Part shown: one piece after another, positions 51,350 to 63,961 of the stretch
Numbering within the stretch: position 1 is the stretch's first letter
Layout: every line of letters starts with the position of its first letter
NCBI RefSeq assembly: GCF_964213995.1
Contig: NC_135822.1
Span: 7,936,001-8,000,000 of the forward strand
DNA from: Mustelus asterias
Taxonomy: Eukaryota
Length of the DNA: 64,000 bases
Reading direction: 5' to 3'
Position numbers and translations under genes: made by a program
Notes under the pieces: model-generated
The model's database searches: none
What the model was told of the DNA's origin: nothing
The model's input: the letters and a program-made list of their open reading frames with translations, nothing else

Positions 51350-51665
51350 AAAGGTTAGCATTTATTTAGCACCTTTCCGATAAGCACCCCAATGTGCTTC
51401 ATGGCTAATGAAGTACTTGTGAAATGTAGTTACTATTCTGATATAGGGAAATGTGGTGGCTAAATTGTGCACAGCAAAATCTCACAAATGGCAATGATAT
51501 AATGATCCAATATTCTGGTTTTAGTGACATTGATGCATAAATATTGGCCAGAATGGCAGGAAAGTCACCTTTTGGTTGAATAGTGTCAAAGGATCTTTTG
51601 CGTCTACCTAAGAGAGCAGAGGAAACCTTGATTTAATGGCCCATGCAGGACTCCCTTATTATTGT
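51350..51665 (-). mobile_element. Deu-domain SINE, decayed
   Basis: gcattttatttagcaccttt...aatgaagtact...aaatattggccag...ggatcttttgcgtctacctaagagagcaga. Confidence 0.75.
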
Positions 51666-52237
51666 ATTTGACAAGTAGATTCTTTGTATTAGTGGCATGC
51701 TAAGTGTACTCTCTATACCAGTTGTTTCGACACTATTCCTTTTTAAGCATGGATGTATCACGTAGTTTAAACTAACTGTTTCCTTGTAGAATCAGTCACT
51801 GCCATGCTATTATAAGCCTGAATGTTCACTCTGCTGTGTGCTACAAATCCGCAATGGTACCAAAAAAAAATCCCACACAGATTACCTACCTCAGGCATAG
51901 AATTCAAAGAGTATCAGTGTGCATTGGTTACCACTTTCTCACTATCTGAGAAAAGGCCCAGCAAATGTGAAAAGGAAGAACAGTTTTAAAATTTAATTGC
52001 GAAGAATGCGCAATGTTGCATAAGTGTGATGTCTTCATTTCAGAAAAATATGTTTAGATATAAAAGTCAAGAGGGGTTACCAAAGCAGTATTTAACGTTT
52101 TGGATTTTTGAAAATAATTTTGAACCTCAAACTTGGGGTGAAATTATGTAGAGATGCCGGCGTTGGACTGGGGTAAACACAGTAAGAATTTTAACAACAC
52201 CAGGTTAAAGTCCAACAGGTTTAATTGGTAACAAATG

Positions 52238-52274
52238 CCATTAGCTATCGGAGCGCTGCTCCTTCGTCAGATGG
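52238..52274 (-). ncRNA. Minimal type I hammerhead motif (family B), GAAA mutated to GATA
   Basis: Minus strand CCAT-CTGACGA-A-GGAGC-AGC-GCTCC-GATA-GCTA-ATGG. Confidence 0.78.
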
Positions 52275-52544
52275 AGTGGATATCTGCTCACAAACAAGGC
52301 ACACAGAGACACAAACTCAAGTTACAGAATACTGATTAGAATGTGAATCCTTACAGCTAATCAAGTCTTAAAGATACAGACAATGTGAGTGGAGGGAGCA
52401 TTAGGCACAGGTTAAAGAAATGTGTATTGTCCCCAGACAGGACAGCCAGGGATTCTGCAAGTCCAGGAGGCAAGGTGTGGGGGTTACCGATAGTGTGACA
52501 TGAACCCAAGATCCCGGTTTAGGCCGTCCTCATATGTGAGGACG

Positions 52545-52919
52545 GCCATCATCTCACGTGAGAACACCATCTACCAGGTACACGGTACCTACTCTTGCAA
52601 CTTGGCCAATGTTGTCTACCTGATACGCTGCAGGAAAGGATGTCCCGAGCCATGGCACATTGGGAAAACCATGCAGACACTACGACAACAGATGAATGAA
52701 CACCGCTCGACAATCACCGGGCAAGACTGTTTTCTTCCTGTGTGGGAGCACTTCAGCGGTCACGGGCATTCAGCCTCTGATCTTCGGGTAAGCGTTCTCC
52801 AAGGCGGCCTTCACGACACACGACAGCGCAGAGTCGCTGAGCAGAAACTGATATCCAAGTTCCGCACACATGAGGGCGGTCTAAACCGGGATCTTTGGTT
52901 CATGTCACACTATCGGTAA
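52545..52919 (+). pseudogene. PLE GIY-YIG endonuclease domain (5'-truncated ORF end)
   Basis: YSCNLANVVYLIRCRKGCPEPWHIGKT...EHFSGHGH...RRVAEQKLISKFRTHEGGLN. Confidence 0.92.
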
Positions 52920-53116
52920 CCCCCACAGCTTGCCTTCTGGACTTGCAGAATCTCACTGGCTGTCCTGTCTGGGGACAATACACATTTCTTTAACCTGTGC
53001 CTAATGCTCCCTCCACTCACATTGTCTGTATCTTTAAGACTTGATTAGTTGTAAGGATTCGCATTCTAATCAGTATTCTGTAACTTGATTTTGTGTCTGT
53101 CTCTGTGTGCCTTGTT

Positions 53117-53149
53117 CAGACGAAGGAGCAGCGCTCCGAAAGCTGATGG
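53117..53149 (+). ncRNA. Minimal type I hammerhead motif (family B), 5' side damaged by deletion
   Basis: CAGACGA-A-GGAGC-AGC-GCTCC-GAAA-GCTG-ATGG. Confidence 0.72.
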
Positions 53150-53954
53150 CATTTGCTACCAAATAAACCTGTTGGACTTTAACCTGGTGTTGTTAAAACT
53201 CTTACTGAAATTATGTAATCATGGGTGAATAAGCTTGCATATTATCAGGGTTTCATCAGTAATGTAGTTTTGCCTTAAGGTAAAGCTGAATGCTACAGTT
53301 ATTACTTGTGTAGTAGAACCTTTGGTATTGGAACATTTTGTTCATTCTGCCATGGATGCTGCTTTCGAGTTGCATATATTAGTGTTTTTAGATTTCAAAT
53401 CCAATAGAGCTAATCCATAAAATGTACTTCAAATGTATAATAACCAATGATCACACCAGGTCTGGGCAGAAAATTCACACAGGAGTGACAAGGGAGCAAA
53501 ATTCAATGAACATTGCAGGAGTTTTCAAACAGTGTAATAGGCAATTATGGTGTTAATAATCTTTCAATCATCTGTAGTCTATTGTAATATTGGAGTCCTT
53601 TGCAAAATTTAATATACACTGAATTTATAGGTTTCATTAGAAGTAGGCACAGGAGAGTTTCTCTCTGCTCCCCATAGTTTGTATAAAACTAAATGTTTAA
53701 TCCCATATTTCTACAAAATACAGCACTGGCTCATTTTTCACTTGCAAATTTTCTTGTTGCTTCAGTCATCCTTAAACGGCTAATTGTAAATGCCTGCAGT
53801 ATGTGTTGGTTACCAAAGAAGGCTGGCATTGATTTTGAAATTCAAATTTCAGTTAGCATTTGAATTTGGAAAGTCCGGCCAAGTGGCTGAAAGTTATGCC
53901 ACCATTGCACTCGATACTGGTACAGTACATATGGTTTTCAGAGTCACAAATTCA

Positions 53955-54825
53955 TTACAGTACAACACAGATGGAGGCCATTCAACCTATTAACTCCACA
54001 TTGACTCTCTGCAGAGCAATCCAGTCGATGCCATTTCCCCGCTCTATTCCTGTTACCCGACAAGTTTATTTGCCTTAAGTGCTCATCCAGCTTCATTGAT
54101 TGCCTTTGCTTCAAACGCCATCATAGGCAGCAAATCCCAGGTCATTACCACTCTCCATAAAAAAAGTTCTTGCTCAATCTCTTGCCCAGAATCTTAAAAT
54201 TTGTGACCCCTTGCCTTTGCACCATCAGCTAATGGGAGCAAGATTTCTTTGTTTACCTGAATATGAACCTGTCAATCACGTGCACCTCTACAAAATCTCC
54301 CCTCAACCTTCTTTGCTTCAGAGAGAACAATAGCAGCTTCTCCAGCCTAACTTTATAGCTAAAATCATCCATCTCTGGAACCATTCTTGTAAATCTCCCC
54401 CTGTACCTTTTCAAAGTCTATTGCACCCTTCCTAAAGTGTGATCAGAGCTGGATGCAATCTCAAATTGTAGCCTAATTAGAACTTTATAAAGGTCCAGCG
54501 TAAGCTTGCTGCATTTGTACCCAATATCTATTTATGAAGCCTGCGATCCCATGTGATTTTCTAACTACTCTCTTAATATGTCCTGCTGCCCTCAAGGATC
54601 TGTACCCACAGACCTCAAGGTCCCACAGTCCCTGCACATTCTTCAGAGCTTTGCCATTAAGTCAGTATTCCCCCTATTCCTTCTGCCAAAATGCACCACC
54701 TCGCACTTCTTTGTTGAATGCCACCTTCCACTTGTCTGCTAGCCCATCTCTGTCTTGTTGCAGCTGATTTATATCATCCTCATTGTATGCCAGAGCTCCC
54801 AACTTTGCTATCATTGGCAGATATG
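53955..54825 (-). mobile_element. Old CR1 LINE 3' fragment
   Basis: Tail tacaacacagatggaggccattcaacc; decayed ORF2 (aaatctcccctcaaccttctttgcttcagagagaacaa, catcctcattg...ctatcattggcagat). Confidence 0.8.
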
Positions 54826-57466
54826 TTTTGATTGAAAATTTATGATCATTTTTTTAACTCCTTTTTTTGTGATAAATTTTGACCTCTGCTTCAGTCCCCA
54901 CTCTGGCCATAACAATGTGTGTATTTGGTCTGGCCATATTGACACTGCATCAACTGACTTGAGGGAAATGTGATTACTAGAAAGAAATGTGTTTGTTTCA
55001 TTGGTTACATAATTAAATTTTCGACTTTAAATTTAATTAAAATAATCTGGTTGGTGTTCCTGCATGCAACCCAAGGGACCTTTTTTAAAGTGGTGAATAT
55101 TTGAACTGATTGACATGAAGGGTAGCTATATAGGTGAATGGCATACCACACACTTAAACATTCAGTCAAGGTCAAGTATTCTTGGGCTTGGTGTAGTGAC
55201 ATAGATGCAGAATAAAGTTGCCTAGTTACTGCCCCTAACAACATGCCCCGCTCCAACATCATAAGAGAACAACCTACTAGAGATTGTGCAAATTGTACTA
55301 TACATGCATTATAAATTTACCTTGTGTCAGCCAATCCACATTAATACTAACTTCTAATGGCCCAGCTATCCATGGTGTGATGTCTTATGATGCTATTATT
55401 GGTTCGGTTGTTAGAAAAAGGACACGTACTGTCAGACCAACTCATTAAGTGGAAGCAGTGCTCATGTTTCACTTGGTATTGTTTTAACAAAGTACTACAG
55501 TTGGAAAACTTTACTATGAAAGCGCTGATAAATGTATAACTACTACCACAAACTGATGTATGCCTATTTTCATAAATTATACAGCACCAGTTTAAAAGCA
55601 ATATCGTTTTCTGTCCTTTCGAGTCTATTAAGCAAGTGCTTTCTTTAGTCGTTTCAATCAATAGGAGTACAATGCCAAAATCATTTGGCACACTGCAAAA
55701 CTATTGCTGCTTATGTGCAAAGCTGCAATCATAAGTGATGGTTCCTGCCAACAGTTTTAATGTGATGCGGCAATACATTGTTTCTTGAAGAATTTGAAGC
55801 ACACACTGTTTCGCTAAATGTATCGTGCTATGTGCTCTGGATGAGGCACTGCCCAGAATCCAACAGTCATCTGCATCAGAATATCCCACATTTGGTTGCT
55901 ATTACTTGATCAGTCAGCAGGAGCAGCAGTGGGGTTAGTATGCCTCAGGATCTCTGGACTAGAATGGGGAAGGATAAACGGATCAGGATTTCCACTCCTG
56001 TTGACAGTGGTCAACTAGCTTCTTGACATAAGTGCGGAATTTTTGCTTGGTAGGGATTGGTTCCTTCAGGAGAGGTTAAAAACTGCGCTGGGGATAATAT
56101 TTTTAAAAATTCTTTTCTGTAGCTTAAACTGGCTTCAATGCAGATGAGATTTAATTGCTCCATAAATACAATGCCATGCAAACTGCACCAACTTTTCAAA
56201 TTGTTATTTATAATTTTTTTTACCTGTTCAATCGAACATTTTTACAACCTTCATTTGTTACGTCATTACAATATTTTTTTCGTGCTCTTGTTTGATTTCA
56301 GTTCTGTTTTCCACGCTGTTCACTTTAACAAGCTTGCTAAGTAACACAGTTTATTTAAATATTAATTTGGTTGACAAATTGAAATATGCTAATGTAAGAA
56401 GTTGCCTGTTACTGAGTTATTGTTTTAGCTCCGCAAGTCAAAAAAACACAAGTATATCTAGTGTTGCGTTTAAAAGCCAGCAACATCAGCCGTACCTTGT
56501 TAAATTTGTGATACTTTCTACGGCCAACCTGAGTAATTTGTAAAAAGAACCACAAATTGCCTAGCTCTGAAATAAATAAAGTAATTTTACCCACAGTAGC
56601 AGTTGTTTTCGCCATCAGTTCAATGAAGTTTTAAATGCTGCACCCTGGTATATATATTTTTTGGTCCTCTTCGAAATTGGCATAACATTCGGCTTACTAG
56701 TGCTCTCCATTTAGAGGATTTTACACCAATCATAATTGCCCCCCCTTTCCTTTCTCCTCCTCCTGCCATCCACCCCTACCCCAGAAGACCAACTTTTACT
56801 ATGCTTAGTTTCCATTATTAAATGTTGGCACAGTATTTGAAAGGCTACAAAGGTTTCCTGCTTTTTGAAATATTTAAGTTATTTAGTAATCATTGATTTT
56901 ACACATAAGTAGTGATGCATTTGTTATTGTAAATCACTTTCTGATGTTGTGAAATATAAAATGGTGCCCAGAAGACTACATTGCATGCCATTTTGGTGAC
57001 TGTTCAGGCATACAAACAACTATAAACTATAGTTTTGGAACAGTAAAGCAATTTTACATTTAGCAATTTCACGGGAATGCTACCAAGATTCTACGAGACT
57101 CACATCAATTCCATCATTTCAGTATGTGTTTAAAATTGTATTGCAGCAAGTGGATTTCTGTGTTGCAAAGTGCTGTGAGCCAGTAATTCCCATCTGTACT
57201 GCCTGTTGGAAAGATCAGGGCAGAACCTTTTCCAAGCAGCAAATAAAGCACTTTCTCGCAATTTGCTTTCACCAATTCTTTTTCTGACCATCAGTACGTT
57301 GAAAATCTTGCAGTTGCAGGTTTGCCCCCAGAAGCTTTTGCATGGCACTGTATCCTATAAACTTTTTTTTCTCTTAAAAGTTCTGAAGTTTTGCCAGAAC
57401 AATTGCATTCCATTTGAAAGTTTTATGGTTGGTGTTAATTGTTTTATAAAGAGTGATATTTTTATT

Positions 57467-57660
57467 CAAAAAGCAGAAAATGCTGGAAAATCTCAGCAGA
57501 TCTGACTGCATCTGTGGAGAGAGAATACAGCCAGCGTTTCAAGTCTGGATGACCCTTCATCAGAGCCCTCGCTCCACAGATGTTGTCAGACTTGTTGAGT
57601 TCCCCCAGCATTTTCTGTTTTTGTTTCAGATTCCAGCATCCACAGTATTTTGCCTTTATC
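57467..57660. mobile_element. Penelope-like family A fold-back insertion with hammerhead on the minus strand
   Basis: Inverted arms; minus-strand CTGATGA(57563)-agggtc-atcca-gactt-GAAA(57537)-cgct; TSD tgatattttt(a/g)tt at 57454-57466 and 57661-57673. Confidence 0.9.
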
Positions 57661-57837
57661 TGATATTTTTGTTAAAGCCTTTTACTTATAATGACAAAGG
57701 ATCAGAGAAAAGTTGATGCATGTAGTCAAACCGTCAGTTTTGCCTCTGTTTTGGTTACTAATGTTGCTACTGGAAACAACTGAGTGTTATGTATATATTT
57801 CTATCTGGAACCAGTCAGTATGTCTGGACTAATGACA

Positions 57838-58416
57838 GTAAGAAGTCTCTCAACACCAGGTTAAAGTCCAACAGGTTTATTTTGCAGCATGAACCTTCGG
57901 AGCGCCGCTCCTTCATCAGGTAAGTGTAGGATTGGGTTCACAAGCCGGACACGTATAGACACAGACTCAATTACAAGATAATGGTTGGAATGTGAGTCTT
58001 AACAGGTAATCAAGTCTTTACAGGTGCAGACAATGTGAGTGGAGGGAGGGTTAAGCACAGGTTAAAGAGGTGTGAATTGTCTCAAATCAGGACAGTTAGT
58101 GAGATTTTGCAAGTCCAGGCAAGTCGTGGGGGTTACAGGTAGTATGACATGAACCCAAGATCCCGGCTGAGGCTGTCCTCATGTGTGCGGAATTTGGCTA
58201 TCAGTTTCTGCTCAGCGATTCTGCGTTGTGTGTCGTGAAGGCCGCCTTGGAGAATGCTTACCTGAAGATCAGAGGCTGAATGCCCGTGACTGCTGCATAT
58301 CAGGTAGACAACGTTGGCCGAGTTGCAAGAGTACGTACCCTGTACCTGGTGGATGGTGTTCTCACGTGAGATGATGTCATCCGTGTCGATGATCCGGCAC
58401 ATCTTGCAGAGGTTAA
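57838..58416 (-). mobile_element. Penelope-like family B 3' fragment (GIY-YIG, 3' UTR, pLTR with hammerhead motif)
   Basis: YSCNSANVVYLI...RRIAEQKLIAKFRTHED; CTGATGA-A-GGAGC-GGC-GCTCC-GAAG at 57919-57895; perfect 13-bp TSD tggactaatgaca (57825-57837, 58417-58429). Confidence 0.92.
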
Positions 58417-59228
58417 TGGACTAATGACACCACTAGGGTTACCCAGATTCAGCAACTTTCAACAGCAAGATGCTGCTGCAATTGGGTCCGTAGAGTAATC
58501 CTGTTATGTTGTTAGTTCACCACAATTGGGGAATACTCTTGATTCAACCATATTGCTTCTGAACTGGAAGGATAACATTTGGCTGCAACTTAGCTATTCG
58601 ACAGATGAAAAGGACAGAATGTACTTTAGAACTTTAATCCTCCAGTTGAAACTATCTTGGCATTTTTTAAAAATACTTTCCCAAAACTCCACTTATTGCT
58701 TAATGGAGAACGTTTGGTTACGATGCGGTTCGATATTTCTGATCTGTCACCTGTTACAATTATCCTGGAGCCCTTCAGTATAAAGCTTCAGGCTTTCATT
58801 CAGCATGTAACATCAGGGTTTGCATTATCATTAACACGACTCATCGTCTTTCAACTGTCATTTCCAGATGACCCTGTCAAGGAAAATGACTGAACTCTAC
58901 CTAATCCTTATCCCTTGGCTAAATAACATAATTTTGGCATTACTTTCATCTCAACAGATTGTTCTTGTTTTGTTCTGCTCAACTCTATGCCTCTGAAATG
59001 GAATGCAGATATGAACTAAGCCCTTCCAACCTATTCATAAAGTGCGGATTTTTAAAGAAGATTCTTTTGGGATATTGAGTAAAAAAGAAAGAAAAACATG
59101 CATTATAAATGGCAGCGTATCACATCCTCTGGACGTACTAAAGTACCGAATGAGTCAAGTCAGTTTATAGTCAGTTTGTTCAGCAGTTTGCAAAATATAT
59201 TTTATTGTATGCATTGGTGGGTGGCACA

Positions 59229-59346
59229 TAGAATCCTACAGTGCATAAGGAGGCCTTTCGGACCATCAAGTTTGCGCTGACCACAAACCCATTCCGGCCC
59301 TATCCCCATAACCCCATGCATTTACCCTAGCTAGTCCCCCTGACAC
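59229..59346 (-). mobile_element. HE1-like SINE 3' part
   Basis: catagaatcctacagtgcataaggaggcctttcgg...tagtccccctgacact. Confidence 0.85.
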
Positions 59347-59981
59347 TACTTTAAGACTAATAAAAAATCCAATCATTTGGATTAAGCAGTGTAAATAACA
59401 CACTGTTTGGACTTAGCACAAAATAATTTAAATTATCAGTGACTTTGAATTCAGAGGTGTGGGATGAAGTTGCCATATAATTTACATGTAAGGCAGTCTC
59501 CTGGACAACAACACTTTTGCTGTGCAGTTCATATATATGGCAGCCTTTCTGCCAGATCAAAGGTAAATGTTTCCCTTCCCAAATTAATGCTTCTAGTTTA
59601 GCATCTTACAGAATATTAAGATTGGCTGAATGATATTACCTGTCTTTGGGTGCACATTATTGACTCTGATCCCAAAATGATTGTAACGATCGTCAAGCAG
59701 CTTGGATTCCTGGTTGTTAATGTGCCATTTGCAGCCTACCTCCCAATATTTTGAATTCTACATGCTATATGTATTTGAACTACTTTTTTGTAGCTTCGGT
59801 AGTCACCGTTCTTTTTCCATTCCTGCAAACTAAGTGCGGTAAACTGAAATTGAGCAGTTGTCTTGTGTTTAAATATTACCTTCATCAGTAAGCTAAGGGT
59901 GAGTGACTGATTTAATAAACATGCAAATAATTAAAATGTCTTCTGTGTTCCTTGCCTTGTTTGGAAAGACAAACTATAATA

Positions 59982-60335
59982 TTCTCTGACGAAGGGTCAC
60001 CCAGACTCAATGTTGGCTCTATTCTCTCTCTGTAAGAAGTCTAACAACACCAGGTTAAAGTGCCGATTCTCTCCACTTGGAGCCGGCAGTTTGCGGTGTC
60101 GATGGTAGTCATGATGTGGAGATGCCGGCGTTGGACTGGGGTAAACACAGTAAGAAGTCTAACAACACCAGGTTAACCTGGTGGTATCAGACTTCTTACT
60201 GTGTTTACCCTAGTCCAACGCCGGCATCTCCACATCATGTCTATTCGCTCTCCACAGACACTGTCAGACCTGCTGAGATTTTCTAGCATTTTCTGTTTTT
60301 GTTTCAGATTCCAGCAACCGCAATATTTTGTTTTT
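59982..60335 (+). mobile_element. Penelope-like family A pLTR interrupted by a family B insertion
   Basis: CTGACGA-agggtc-accca-gactc; outer TSD aactataata (59972-59981, 60336-60345). Confidence 0.88.
60031..60239. mobile_element. Penelope-like family B insertion containing a 130-bp spacerless palindrome
   Basis: Palindrome 60110-60239 centred on GGTTAACC; TSD tctattc(t/g)ctctc at 60018-60030 and 60240-60252. Confidence 0.9.
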
Positions 60336-60879
60336 AACTATAATAGTTTGGTTAAAACCAACTGATAGTGGATTAATGTTCAACTCTGGAATTGCATTGA
60401 CATAATCAGCAGCACAGAAACGGGCTTTGGCCCAATGTGTCTGTACTAATCTTTATGGCCCACCTGAAACTTAAATCACCTTGTTAACACATCCTTCCAT
60501 TCCTTTGTCCATCATGCATTTATTAAGCTTCTCTTTATGTGCATTATGTTTTTCTGCTCAACTGCATAAAGTTATATGTTATTTACAGTCCATAAGCAGG
60601 TTGCCTTGTTCAACTAATGTTGGTGTTTATACTCCAAACAAGGCTGCTCCCTCTCCTCTTCATCACGCTATTCTTCTGTTTATTTCTGCCTTGGGTACGT
60701 ATTTAACCGTCATTTTACTCCACATCAAATTAAGATCCTTATTCTATCACTCTGCCTTAAGAATTTTCTCTTGAATGCCTGAATGGAGTTATTGGTGATT
60801 ATTCCTGGTTTCAGACTCCCACACAATTCATTCTGAATTTTTGCAATTCAATATGCAAAAACAGATCCAGGTATCATAT

Positions 60880-61285
60880 GGCGTGGTACAGTGGTTAGCA
60901 CTGATGCCTCACAGCATCGACTCCGAAAGCTAGTGCCAAATAAACCTGTTGGACTTTAACCTGGTGTTGTCTTCGTACTGTGCTTACCCCAGTCCAACGC
61001 CGGCATCTCCACATCATGCCTCACAGCGCCAGGGATCCAGGTTCGATTCCCGGCTTGAGTCACTGTCTGCGAAGTCTGCACGTCCTCCCTGTGTCTGCGT
61101 GGGTTTCCTCTAGGTGTTCCGGTTTCCTCCCACAGTCCAAAAGGCAATCTGGTTAAGTGCATTGGCCATGCTAAATTCTCCCTCAGTGTACCCGAACAGG
61201 CGCCGGAGTGTGGCGACTCGGGGATTTTCGCAGTAACTTCATTGTAGTGTTAATGTAAGCCTACTTGTGACAATAATGATAAATA
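60880..61285 (+). mobile_element. V-SINE with Rex1-like tail, interrupted by a PLE fragment
   Basis: Head split at gcctcacagc; V domain and tail intact. Confidence 0.9.
60916..61015 (+). mobile_element. Penelope-like family B pLTR fragment
   Basis: ctccGAAAGCTAgtg...ctccacatc; 12-bp TSD atgcctcacagc (60904-60915, 61016-61027). Confidence 0.9.
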
Positions 61286-63431
61286 ATAGTACATTCATCT
61301 GCTTCGATTTCATGTGCCTGATTTTATTGTATGTAGTTACTTCGTGGAGAAACAAAACGAGTCATGGTTTTTGTGTTAAATTCAAAAACATGCTAATTAC
61401 TCACTTCCTGTGTTATCGATGAAGGTTTTGACTTCAACATTAAAGAAGATTTCCTAACAAAGTACCAGAGAAATTTGAAATCATTTTATTTATGATATCA
61501 CATGCACTTGAGAGTTTTATTGTACAGAAAATATCAAAAATGTCTGTTATGTGGAGCAGAGATCTTTGTGTTTGCAAGCCAACCAGAAAGGTCTCCTGGG
61601 AGTAAGATACAGAACTGTGATTGATGTAGATTAAACAAGTATGCTAAAATTTACAGCAATAGTTACATTAAATTGACATATCGATGAAATTGCTACACGA
61701 TGTAGGCAAGGGACTAAATGAATGATAGTTAAATATAATAACAAGAAAAAAAGAAATACCAACTCCTGAAATATATTGAAGAAATATTTAACCTATTATG
61801 TGATTTAATAACAGTATGAATTTGAGACTTAGCTTTTCTTTTCTCATAATTTGTGCCGCCTTTATTCATGAAAATGTTGAGCCTCTGCTGGAGTATGATT
61901 GTGACAGCTATTCTCCTGTACCTTTTCCAGGTGACACTTGGTATGTGAGCCTTAACAGTTAGTATTGGCATACTGTTCTACTGAAGGGGAACCACGTCCA
62001 ACTCCATTCCTATTCCCACAGCCGTGCACTTAGAAGAAGGTTCATGAATTGTGAGCAAGATCGGGAAACCTACCCATTTTATTTCCCTTTCTTTCCTTCA
62101 CTGTCTTCTCATTCTGTTATCCTTCTGCTGCACAGAGGCCAATTATAATATCCTTTTTGCTGCATCAGTTGAGATTATAACCAGTTCATTATAGAATAGC
62201 AATTGAACCCAGGACCTTCCTTGTCAGTGTGGCATAGCCATTCACTGGATAAAATCTTCCAGTTTTAATGAAATCCTGATCAATTTCCTTCACACCCCTT
62301 TTCCCAGTACATGTCATTCAATACACAAGAGTACTTACCACCCAACAATAGTGGAAGGAACACCATTCAGTATGTAATAATAATTGGTATATTTCATCAC
62401 AGGACTTGCCAATAAAGATATGGTTAAACAGAACGTGTTCTGTTGAAGCAATAACTCATAAGAAGAAAACGAGTAGCTAAGAAATGAAGAAAAAGTTTAA
62501 AAAATTCTTCCCTTTGAGGTGGTGTCTGTTTATATTGATCCTTTATTGCACTGGGACCTCTTTCACCAGCTGTACTTCCTCCTGCTAAAATAGATTATCG
62601 GATATTTGAATACTACATAAATCCACGCTTTCATTCATAGCGGTGTCATTTAATTGGCCTTAAAGATTTGTTCCAGGCAAACGTGTGACAAAATGCTTGT
62701 AAAGTATCTTTAACACTGCCTTAAGTAGGATGATTATTTTTGGTAGACCTGCCATGATGATGAGAGCTGCACATAAAATTGGTCTGGATTATATTCAACA
62801 ACACAGCCAGCTGCTTTCTTAGTTATTTTCTGGAATAAAGAGGCTAGGCTGGCAGGGAATAACAGTCACTGGAAACTCTACTACCTTTGTGGATCATTAA
62901 AATTAATGAAAAGATCAGACTTCTATAAACGCGACTTGGCACAGCCATTTCAACTCTGATCAAAACGAACGTGCATCTAATCGCTAAGAACTGGACAATC
63001 ACTAACATTTCATATTGATCCACCTTGCAGTTTGTCCTCGCATTTACTTACCGATAGATGAGGTTGGGACCTTAAACTCCCTGGCTGAACTCTTAGTTTT
63101 CTGAATTGGAGCTTAAGTCCTGTCACTTGCATTGTTCGATAATTACATCGTTACATTTTATAAGGCCTGGCAGTTCCAAAACTAGAACATTGTACTGTTT
63201 CATCCTGATTGCCATTTGTTTCTGGCATTCCCTTTGAGGGTAAATTTGGCTGGAGAGAAGATGATGATTCAGAATGGTTTCTGTTGATTCGAGCTGAGAA
63301 ATGATGTCTTCCAGGTCATTGTTTGATTGGATTACCGTGTTCCCCATGCCAAGTATCATTGGAGAGAAAATATTGTGGTATAATCTTACTACATTAAATG
63401 CGTTGCATAAATATAATGTCATGGACCATTC

Positions 63432-63961
63432 TGTTACCTGAAAAGGGTGTCCCAGTGAAACACCGCTTCATGGTGAGGAACCAGCCCAGTCGTCATATAA
63501 CAATTATTAAATATTTATTAACTTAAAAGAAAAAGACACAACAAAAGGAGCTACATTACTCTTAAGTACATGAATAACTAACCAGGCACGCAGTTTGTCA
63601 GAATCACCCCTTGTTCCAAAAATATATCTACGATCGCTGAACTCCCTCAGACTCTCCTTTCCTAAATAACACCCAAATTAAATAAATATGTTGGTCAAAT
63701 CCCAGCTTTATAGTTACCACACAGTACAGGACTGATCATCAAGGAAATGACATTTCCTGGTCCACTGAAGATATTTAAATTGCCTTTACAAAGGTTTTAT
63801 TGCAGTGTCTTGGCTCTAAGATTTTGATGCAACACCATAACATCTCTGAAAATATGTTACGGGACCACTTGGCTGTGAAATGGGTCCGAGCCTCTGGGTT
63901 GAGTGTGCCCGACTGGCTTCTGACTATGAGGTGTGGACTGGCTTCTGAGAGGGGGGTAACA
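63432..63961. mobile_element. Possible solo-LTR remnants
   Basis: TGTTAC(63432)...ATAACA(63842) and TGTTAC(63855)...GTAACA(63961) termini; TSDs unclear. Confidence 0.35.

Larger units (their letters stand above)
52151..53205 (+). mobile_element. Penelope-like family B element: GIY-YIG fragment between inverted pLTRs
   Basis: Arm 52151-52536 is the reverse complement of ~52865-53205; 12-bp TSD tgaaattatgta (52139-52150, 53206-53217). Confidence 0.93.

Noticed and set aside
52500-52544. ATG start of the 139-aa GIY-YIG ORF
   Set aside because: The start codon and first ~15 aa come from the inverted arm, not from the native ORF.
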